A DNA stretch of 63,668 nucleotides, counting the filler, from Basidiobolus meristosporus CBS 931.73 (Eukaryota > Fungi > Basidiobolomycota): NCBI GenBank assembly GCA_002104905.1. It is 4 parts of 4 records of this genome, joined end to end, with 100 filler letters (N's around TTAATTAATTAA, not from the genome) between each part and the next. Parts side by side here need not be neighbours in the genome. Positions count along the whole stretch, not along the records: positions 37,906 to 54,270 come from MCFE01001126.1; positions 54,371 to 63,668 come from MCFE01001328.1; 2 more parts are not named here. The stretch is one strand, 5' to 3'. The notes beneath the pieces were generated by a model. That model saw nothing but the letters and a program-made list of their open reading frames with translations. It made no database searches and was not told where the DNA came from. Shown piece by piece: positions 51,413 to 59,709 of this stretch; the stretch's first letter is position 1; each line of letters starts with the position of its first letter. A program made the position numbers and the translations under genes.

Positions 51413-54270
51413 GCGCTCTTGATTTGGTTGAGTTTTGACCAAGTTAAGGTTTGTCTCCATGGGGGTAGCTGCTGGTTTACAAGCTTCCATTTGGTACTTC
51501 TTTAGTATATCTTGAATATACTTGGATTGGCTTAGGGTAATAGTCTGGGTACTTCTGTCTATGGAGAACTTAATCCCTAAGTAGTAACTAAGTTCTCCTA
51601 GATTGGACATCTTGAACTCCTTGGATAGGCTGGATTTAGTCTCTTCCAATGTTTCTAGGTTATTGGCAGCTATAATAAGATCATCCACATATAGAGCTAA
51701 TAGAACTGGATTTGCTCTATCTGGCATATAGTACATACTATAGTCAGCATTACTCCTTTGAAACTCAAGGATTCCAAATAAGAATCTATCTTGCAATTCC
51801 AGGCTCTTGGTGATTGTTTGAGACCATATAGTGACTTTTTAAGCTTGCAGACCAAATGGGGGTTATCTTGGTCAACAAACCCATTAGGCTGGTCAATATA
51901 CACATCCTCATCAAGTTGCCCATTCAAAAATGCAGTTTTTACAGCCATTTGATGAATAAAAAACTTATATTTGGCTGCAATAGCCAATATTAATCTGATG
52001 GAATTAAACTCTGCTACCAGTTCAAAGGTCTTAGTATAGTCAAGTCCTTTTGTTTGAGAGTATCCTTTGGCTTCAAGTCTTGCTTTGTATCCTTCAATTG
52101 TACCATCAGCCTTGCATTTTGTATTGAAGACCCATCTGCATCCAGTTAATTATTGGTTGATTGGTAATTTGACTAAGTCCCAAGTTTGATTTTCCATCAG
52201 TGCCTGATATTCCTCACTCATTGCAGATCTCCAAAACTTTGTCTGAGGGCTATTTAGGGCCTCTTTTACAGTCTGGGGTTCATCAATATGGACTGAATAG
52301 GCATAGGCTAAGTTTGTACCCTCATTGATATAGTAATTTGGGCTATTTCTTGTCCGGATGGATCTCTGGGCATTTGATACTGGAATGATCACTTCTGGGA
52401 TATTCCTGGGCACTGATTCTGGCTGAACCATGGTTGTAGAGTCCTCTGGAGTGAAAAAATTCTCATTGTTTTGCTCTGATTCAATCCTGACAATTGGTGG
52501 ACTTGAGATCAAACTTTTGTCATCATCTGATGTCATTTTTTGTGAAAATTTTGAATTTTCATCAAACAACACAACCCTGAACTTGATAAGCTTCTTTGCT
52601 TTGGTATTGTAGAGTCTGTATGCCTTTTGCACAAGTGGATGAAGTGTTTTGAGGTATATTCTGCACCATTGTCAGAGCATATTTTCTTGATTTTTTCACC
52701 AGTTTCTCTCTCCACCATGGCTTTAAACTCCCTGAGCTTAGACAGAGCTTCTTCCTTTCTCTCCATGAAGTAGCCCATGTGTATCTTTTATGATCATCAA
52801 TAAAAGTGATTAAACACTTCATCCCGCCTAAGGATAAATTTTGCATAGGTCCACACAGATCTGAGTGAATTAGATCTAATTTTTTCTTAGTTTTGATCAA
52901 CACAGAGCTCTTGAACGGTTGTCTGGCTTGTTTCCCATATATGCAGGCTTCACAGTGCTCCAAATTAGCTGGGGGATCAATTTTTACTCCAGAAATTAGC
53001 TGATCTTTGATCATTTTACGCAAATAATCAAAATTGATGTGTCCAAATCTCCTGTGCCAAAGCATTGGTGTTTCTTCATTTAAGTTACTTATATTGGCTT
53101 CCAAATATGATGGAATATAAGTCAACCTGTATAGATTCTGATCTCTGATGCCCGAAGCAATATGAGCACCATTTTGATCAGTGATCCTGCATCCAGAATT
53201 GTCAAAACTGAAACTGAGTCCTTCTGCTGTGGCCTTGCTTACAGAGAGTAGGTTCTTGGCTATTTCTGGTACATAGAGTACTTCTTTAAAGGTCAGTGTA
53301 TGGCTTCCTTCACTGCTTCTAAGGTTTACTTGGATAGTTCCTTCTCCCACTGCATCAAGTGTTCTATTGTCACCCATGAAAACCTTCTTAAATGGAATTT
53401 CTTGATATTGGGTAAAAAGGTCTTTTTGGTGTGTAAAGTGTTGAGAAGCTCCAGAGTCAATATACCACATCTGAGAATCCTTGTTTGTGGTCATATTTAG
53501 TGCAGATATGAATAGTCTATCTTCAGTTGTTGCAGCATTTCCATATTCAGACTTCTTTTGCTGATAATCTCTCTTTTTGAAACACCGGTCTGATGTGTGT
53601 CCTTTCCTTTTGCAGTAGTTGCAAAATAGGTAGTTGTTGCCTTTGTAGGGTCTTGGGTACCTCTTTTGTTAGTTATCATTGCCCATTAAAGCATTTTCTT
53701 CTTCCTTCTTATTGGTGCTTGATTTTCTTAATTCTTCATCCAGGAGCCTTCCACATAGGTAATTTAAGGTCAAATATTCTGTTATGGACACTAGGGCTGA
53801 TACAAGGCCCTGAAACTCATCTGTCAGGCTATTCAGGATGGTAACTATCACATCCTCATCAGTAGTTGGTACGCCCACAGATTCCATCTCATCTACCAGC
53901 AGGGTAATTCTGTTAATTAGATTTTTCATTTCTTCTCCTGGCAGCATCTTTGTAGTAAAGAATTTTCTTCTCAGATACATTTTCTTGGCAGCTGAACATG
54001 ACTGGTAGGTGTCTTCTAATGCCTTCCAGGCATTCTTTGCCGTTTTTGCTCTTGAGCATTGAATTAGCAATTTGTCCTTGACATTAAGGCAAATGCAGTT
54101 AAAGGCACTCTGTTCTTTCTTCTGGTACTTCAAGGCTTCCTCTCCCACGTTTTAGGAGGGCATTCTTCTCCCATGACAATATCTTAAAGGCCTCTTTCTT
54201 GTAGCAGCATCTTCATCTTCACCTTCCACACTTGGTAGTTAGATCCATCCAACTTTTCAGCAGAGGAAAA

Positions 54271-54370
54271 NNNNNNNNNNNNNNNNNNNNNNNNNNNNNN
54301 NNNNNNNNNNNNNNTTAATTAATTAANNNNNNNNNNNNNNNNNNNNNNNNNNNNNNNNNNNNNNNNNNNN
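54271..54370. other. Artificial linker (N run with TTAATTAATTAA)
   Basis: Same 100-nt spacer. Confidence 0.97.
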
Positions 54371-54377
54371 AGGCCCA

Positions 54378-55667
54378 TTGAAAGGGGCCACTGCCTTTGG
54401 TACATTGATTGGACAACTACTGTTTGGCTACCTAGGGGATCGTCTTGGAAGAAAGAAGATGTATGGCTCAGAGTTGATTATCATTATTTTTGCTACCATC
54501 TGCTGTGCAATTGCTGGTTCGTGGGCTAAAGGAGTGAACGTGATTGCCATCCTTGGCTTTTGGCGCTTCATTCTCGGAATTGGCATAGGAGGTGACTACC
54601 CAGTGTCGGCAGTAATCACATCAGAGTTTGCCTCAACAAAAAGAAGAGGCATGATGATTGCCGCCGTCTTTGCGTCCCAAGGAACTGGTATTTTGGTCGG
54701 AGCGCTGTTTACTGTGATCATGTTGGCTATCTTCCAAGGGGCCATCCGGGCGGATCAGAACAACTTCGATTATGTTTGGAGACTGATGCTTGCTTTTGGA
54801 TGCGTTCCTGCCATTTTTACCGTGTACTTCCGTTTGACCATGCCCGAATCACCACGCTATACTTTGGAAGTGAATGGAGATCCGGAAAAGGCAGCCGAGG
54901 ACTTGAGAGGAATCATGAATGTCGAAGACAAGGATCGCGTGGAGGCGCATCATCAGATAGCTAAGGTTGAACGCCCACAACTGACCTTCACTGAGCATTT
55001 CGGACAGTGGAAGAATCTCAAGGTGTTGCTAGGTACCTCGTTGTCCTGGTTTTTCCTCGACATTGCCTTCTATGGACTCTCCCTTAACCAGTCATACGTC
55101 CTACAAGCGATCGGATATTCCTCAAAAGGCCTCTCTCCTTACGATGCCATGTGGACTGAGGCCGTTGGAAATCTAATCATCTCATTAATGGGAACTGTCC
55201 CAGGCTACTGGTTCACGGTGTTCCTTATTGAACGCATGGGCCGAATCAAGATCCAGTTGATGGGATTCGCCTTCTTAACCATCATTTTCATCATACTCTC
55301 TGCTGGCTTTTACAAGATTCGGGACACAGCAGTTGCGCTATTCGTCGCATTGTTTACCTTGGCCCAGTTCTTCTTCAATTTCGGCCCAAATACCACCACA
55401 TTTGTCCTTCCATCCGAGGTATTCCCCACTCGCTTCCGTTCCACTGCTCACGGTATCTCGGCTGCTTCCGGAAAGCTTGGAGCCATCATCGCTACTTTCG
55501 GCTTCAATCAATTGGTGGAGATTGGTGGTAAGGATGGAGAGCACGCTTTCCTTCCACAAACCCTCGGAATCTTTGCTGCCATCATGTTCCTTGGATTTCT
55601 ATCAACCTTCTGGGTACCTGAAACCAAGGGCAAATCTTTGGAAGAGATTTCCGGGGAAGATAGCTAG
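54378..55667 (+). CDS. PHO84: High-affinity phosphate:H+ symporter, 5'-truncated by segment edge
   Basis: GDRLGRKKMYG, GIGIGGDYPVSA, WFFLDIAFYG and FFFNFGPNTTTF...EVFPTRFRSTAHGISAASGK. Confidence 0.93.
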   Translation: MKGATAFGTLIGQLLFGYLGDRLGRKKMYGSELIIIIFATICCAIAGSWAKGVNVIAILGFWRFILGIGIGGDYPVSAVITSEFASTKRRGMMIAAVFASQGTGILVGALFTVIMLAIFQGAIRADQNNFDYVWRLMLAFGCVPAIFTVYFRLTMPESPRYTLEVNGDPEKAAEDLRGIMNVEDKDRVEAHHQIAKVERPQLTFTEHFGQWKNLKVLLGTSLSWFFLDIAFYGLSLNQSYVLQAIGYSSKGLSPYDAMWTEAVGNLIISLMGTVPGYWFTVFLIERMGRIKIQLMGFAFLTIIFIILSAGFYKIRDTAVALFVALFTLAQFFFNFGPNTTTFVLPSEVFPTRFRSTAHGISAASGKLGAIIATFGFNQLVEIGGKDGEHAFLPQTLGIFAAIMFLGFLSTFWVPETKGKSLEEISGEDS

Positions 55668-56204
55668 AGCATTAATCACACATGTCAAATAGAATCACCA
55701 CTTAAATATATCATATAATTAATACCATAAGTTGACCATAAAACCATGCACTTCGGATAAATATCATGTTACTCCTATATTTCCTGCTCAGTCATGGGAT
55801 ATTAGTGACAAACTATATCTCAAATATTGCAAGTAACTAGCTGGTTCACTCCACCAGCTAACTGAAATTAAACTAATTCCTCAAGTACACTAGGGTTGGG
55901 GAGTAAAATTATCACCAAAAGTTAAAATATCAACTTCAGTAACTTAAATTAAAGAAGCCAAGTTCTACTGGGATATATATTTATAAGAAAATAAAACATA
56001 ATGTCATTTTTGTAGATATTTTGTAATTTCACAGTACTCATGGGCATAGTTCATGGTTTACAAATCTAAGTTCCTTGTTGCAACTTACTTATGTCAGGGG
56101 GCATACACACTATGATGAAGACATGAATGCTGCTGTAAGGATTCTGGAGATATAGGAAGTCACTGGGACAACAAGTAGGGCCAAGGGGGGGGAAGTGACT
56201 AAGT

Positions 56205-56317
56205 TGGGGGAGGCAAAGTCACTCAAGGTAGGTGAGATCTTTATTGAGCTCAGATAAGCCTGATACAAACAAAGAAGCCATTTGGGAATTAAAAGTTCCC
56301 ATGGTACATACCAAGTT
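56205..56317 (-). mobile_element. Old 5'-truncated family X unit (3' UTR only)
   Basis: Matches 62770-62882 (GTCAC.AAGGTAGGTGA, AAAGAAGCCA, GGGAAT...TTCCC). Confidence 0.75.
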
Positions 56318-56748
56318 GGGTTAGGGGAGGGAAAGTCACCAAGTTGGTGAAATCTTTATTTGAGTCAAGAACTAATATAAGGACAAATAAAGAAGTCAAT
56401 TCAGAGGTCTAGTACCTCTCCAATAAGTAATCTAATTTATGTTTTGTTTCATCTCTAATGTTTATTTCAATAAAGTAAAGCTCATCAGGGTTAAATATAA
56501 AATTCAAGGGTTTTGGGGGAAGTACAAATTGTAGATGTTTCTGATCAATATAATCCAAGACTGGAACCCAGCCTGGGATTAGGTGTAGTAGGAAAGGTGT
56601 GTGGACTTGTAAGTAGCTCTGCCACATAGATCTTAGATGGTCCTGACCCAGTAGTCTTGGTTTCTCAGCTTTATGAAGTTTTGAAGCAAGCTCTGTTACT
56701 ACTGCAGAGCCAACCAGGGTGTGCCAGCAAGAAGATTTTAGGGAGGAG
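56318..56748 (-). mobile_element. 5'-truncated family Y LINE unit (RT C-terminus)
   Basis: CWHTLVGSAVVTELASKL.KAEKPRLL.QDHLRSMWQSYLQVHTPF is homologous to the C-terminus of the Z RT; near-identical to 62169-62600. Confidence 0.85.
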
Positions 56749-56862
56749 TAGGGTTAGGGGGAGGAAAATCATCAAGTGGTGAAATCTTTATTCACTTATG
56801 ACAAGTATCTAAAGAAGCCAAGTTAAACTGAAGTTACTCCTAAAAAGCTAGGTCTGAGAGTT
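56749..56862 (-). mobile_element. Short family W unit (~110 bp, 3' tail only)
   Basis: Matches 63589-63668. Confidence 0.8.
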
Positions 56863-56883
56863 GGGTTAGGGTTAGGGTTAGGG
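56863..56883 (+). repeat. Telomeric repeat tract GGG(TTAGGG)3
   Basis: Longest of the inter-element tracts. Confidence 0.9.
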
Positions 56884-56940
56884 GGGAGACAGTCACCAAC
56901 AGGTGAAATCTTTATTTCAGTTGAAACAAAGAAGCCAGCA

Positions 56941-58725
56941 CTACTGTTGTAGCTTTGATACAAGAGTGTGTAGCTGAGGGGAATTTGTAGGTAAGTTAAT
57001 AAGAAGTGATGATAGTTCTTCAGTGCTCAAGACACTGTTCAGTGGGAAGGGGGGTAGCAAGAGAGGTAAGAATGACTTGTGAACAACATTAATGAGGGGA
57101 ATGTGATAAGGATTGATATTCATCATAAAGGGAGTGTGCTGCTGCAGATATTGCTGCCAAAGGTCTGTCAAGTACTTCAGGTAGGCCAGCTTGGGTTTTT
57201 CTGACTGCTGAATATAGTGAGCAAACTTCTTGACTTCAGGATCTCCAAGTATAGTTCTCCAGCAGGAGTCAGGCATTGTGTGGTGTGTTCTCTTCCAGGC
57301 CTTAATCAGTGGGTTGTTGCAGTTGTGAAGTCTGAGGTATAATCTGGTTCTAAGGTAGAGAAGTCTGATCTTATAGGGCATAAACCCAAAAGCACCAAGA
57401 ATAGCATGTCTGTAGGGGCATTCAGGCAAATGAGGCACCAAGGAGGTAATGCACCATACTGCAAACTTGTCAAGCTTAGTGCAGTCTCTAGATGTAAGAG
57501 AGAGAAGTGGTAAGCCAAATTCCAGGACAGGGAAGACAAACTGCTTGAGTAGAAGGAGGCAGCTGGGAGCTGAAGTTGTAGGAGGAGTAACAGCCAGTAG
57601 CTTGTGGAGTGCCTGTCTTGCCAGGATAATTCTCTTCTTCAGGTGTGCTCCAGAGTCTATTCCAGTAGGAAGGAAAGGAAAGCCAAGATATGTAGCAGAA
57701 ACCTGAGCAGGTAGAGTGGAGTTCTCCAAGTTGATGGGAGAGCCCAAAGGTACTGTCTTTGCAATGGAAAGCTGGAGATTATTCTTCTGCAGATACTGGT
57801 GGATGGTCTGGGAGTCTTGTTGCACATTGGAGGAGGATATTCTGATGTCATCAGCAAAGAGAGTAACCAGGCAGTCAGCTGAGAGTCTTGGGAAATCATT
57901 CAGGAAGATGGCAAACAGTATAGGACCAAGCACAGAGCCTTGAACCACTCCATTAGGAACTGAGAACACAGCTGATTGCTCACTTGGGTGCAGAATTCTT
58001 GCTTGTGGATCCAGAAACAGAGACCTGACAAGGAGGGTGAGAGAGGTACTGGAGAAGCATTGCAACTTGGACCAAAGCAGATTTCTGTCAACTGAATCAA
58101 AGGCCTTAGTAATATCAAACAGAACAGAGGGATACTTGCACTGGAGAGAGTGATCTTGGCTAAGTATGACTGCATATTCCAAGGAGAGGCCAGGAACAAA
58201 GCCAAACTGTGCAGGATGAAACTTGAGGGAGTCAGAGTAGAGCTCCTGAGCAAGCAGAAGCTCAAACACCTTTCTGCAGGTGGGCAGCAGAGATATTGGC
58301 CTGTAGGAGCTAGGATCCAGGTGCTTTCCTTTACCCTTGTACAGTGGCAGAACATTTGCAAAGGACCATTCCTCAGGAGTAGAAAGCTGGGCTGAGCATT
58401 GCTGAAACAGTGGAAGCAGAAGTGCAGACATGGCCTTGGTAGTAGTCTTCAGAAGCTCATAAGAGATTGTGTCCACACCTGGAGCAGTAGAGTTAGGAAG
58501 CCTCTTGAGCACATTATGGATTCTCCTTTGATCAAGTGCAAGTGGGATGGGCAGAGTCTTGAAGTCAGGATGAAAGCCAGGAGTTGAGTACTGCTTTGTA
58601 GAGAAGAAGATGTTAGCCAGCTGTTCTGTTGAAGGTAACTTCCTGGAAGAGGGCCTCATTGCCCTGTAGAGTCTTGATACTGTTCTTGTTATAGAGTTGG
58701 AAGATTGCAGAGGCAAAGAACTCAT
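56941..58725 (-). CDS. Non-LTR reverse transcriptase, 594 aa
   Basis: STAPGVDTI, LYKGKG...PSSYRPISLL, QFGF, FDITKAFDSV, GVVQGSVLGPILF, LFADD and TYLG. No RNase H or terminal CCHC seen. Confidence 0.95.
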   Translation of the reverse strand: MSSLPLQSSNSITRTVSRLYRAMRPSSRKLPSTEQLANIFFSTKQYSTPGFHPDFKTLPIPLALDQRRIHNVLKRLPNSTAPGVDTISYELLKTTTKAMSALLLPLFQQCSAQLSTPEEWSFANVLPLYKGKGKHLDPSSYRPISLLPTCRKVFELLLAQELYSDSLKFHPAQFGFVPGLSLEYAVILSQDHSLQCKYPSVLFDITKAFDSVDRNLLWSKLQCFSSTSLTLLVRSLFLDPQARILHPSEQSAVFSVPNGVVQGSVLGPILFAIFLNDFPRLSADCLVTLFADDIRISSSNVQQDSQTIHQYLQKNNLQLSIAKTVPLGSPINLENSTLPAQVSATYLGFPFLPTGIDSGAHLKKRIILARQALHKLLAVTPPTTSAPSCLLLLKQFVFPVLEFGLPLLSLTSRDCTKLDKFAVWCITSLVPHLPECPYRHAILGAFGFMPYKIRLLYLRTRLYLRLHNCNNPLIKAWKRTHHTMPDSCWRTILGDPEVKKFAHYIQQSEKPKLAYLKYLTDLWQQYLQQHTPFMMNINPYHIPLINVVHKSFLPLLLPPFPLNSVLSTEELSSLLINLPTNSPQLHTLVSKLQQ

Positions 58726-58734
58726 AATATGATC

Positions 58735-59694
58735 CTAGAGCTGAGTATGCAGAGTGTGGTGAATTGCCTTGGAGTGGTGTATTGCTGTCAGGAGGAGTTT
58801 CTCTGTTTTTGGGTTAGGGAAACTCAGGTAGCTTTGTTGCAGGGCTGAAACAATGGATTCCCATTTTCTTGAGGTAACAGCAGTAGTCTTACATGGCAGT
58901 GAGAGGGAGGCAGACACCAGAATCAGATGCTTCACAAAGAGCCAGGCATAGTTGAGATCATCTGGCAGAGAAAGTAGCAAACTGGCAAGCTTCAAGTAGT
59001 TCCCAAAGTCTTTCTTCTGATTCTTGGTAGCTTTGTGGGTGAGCACAGTAAGTTTTGGCAGCTTCTTCTTCACAACTGGTTGCTTAGAAAGGGACCAGGC
59101 TGGGTGGTCAGAGGCTCTGAAGGATCCTAGCTCAGCTCCAGAGAATTGCTTAACTTCATTCACAAAGTAGAGGGCAGCAGCAGAAGGGCAGATCCAGTCA
59201 ACACATCTTTTCTCAGATTGAGCACCTAGTGCTAGCAGGTGGCTTTCTCTCAGGAAGTTCAGTAGGAATGTAAACCTTGGCTTCATTCTTGCAGTCAGAG
59301 TAGTCTTGTTCGCAGGATGGGGAATGTTGAGATCTCCAAGCAAGATAACAGGTGTTGATATAGATTGTTGGTATTGCTGAACCTTCTGACATATAACTTG
59401 CACTTCTTGAAGGGCAAGACTTGGAGGCAGATAGCAGAGCACCAGACTGATAGTTGGCAACTGGAGAGCAGCACAGTAAGGGGAGTAAAGAGGAACACAG
59501 AGCTGAGGAGTATTGATGGTAGAAGAGATGAAGCAGATAGAGGAGGTATTCTTTGTTCTAGGAGTAGAAAAGCAATATAGATTAGTCAAAAGTATAGAGG
59601 GTAGCTGGACATCAATCAAACACAGGAGGGAAAATCTTGAAAGAAGTCTCTCTAGAGTTGGTCTTGATGGCTGTATGCTGTTGCAGTTAAGCAA
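58735..59694 (-). CDS. Apurinic-like (APE/EEP) endonuclease ORF, no initiating ATG
   Basis: LNCNS, CYLPP, ILLGDLN, VDWI and SDH motifs in the APE order. Confidence 0.85.
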   Translation of the reverse strand: MLNCNSIQPSRPTLERLLSRFSLLCLIDVQLPSILLTNLYCFSTPRTKNTSSICFISSTINTPQLCVPLYSPYCAALQLPTISLVLCYLPPSLALQEVQVICQKVQQYQQSISTPVILLGDLNIPHPANKTTLTARMKPRFTFLLNFLRESHLLALGAQSEKRCVDWICPSAAALYFVNEVKQFSGAELGSFRASDHPAWSLSKQPVVKKKLPKLTVLTHKATKNQKKDFGNYLKLASLLLSLPDDLNYAWLFVKHLILVSASLSLPCKTTAVTSRKWESIVSALQQSYLSFPNPKTEKLLLTAIHHSKAIHHTLHTQL

Positions 59695-59709
59695 CAGAAC
59701 TTCAGGTAG

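Larger units (their letters stand above)
38445..54270 (-). mobile_element. Ty1/copia element B (host of two nested insertions; 5' end cut by the gap)
   Basis: 3' LTR split into 38445-38578 and 43286-43505, PPT at 43506-43515, RNase H/RT at 43517-44222 and 51413-52630, protease/integrase/gag at 52630-54270. About 375 bp of the integrase core is deleted near 52632. Confidence 0.9.

Noticed and set aside
56100-56156. Peptide YDEDMNAAVRILEI* resembling the TnpB/Fanzor RDxNAAxNI motif
   Set aside because: No in-frame zinc-finger cysteines, no long upstream ORF and no other RuvC motifs; probably chance.
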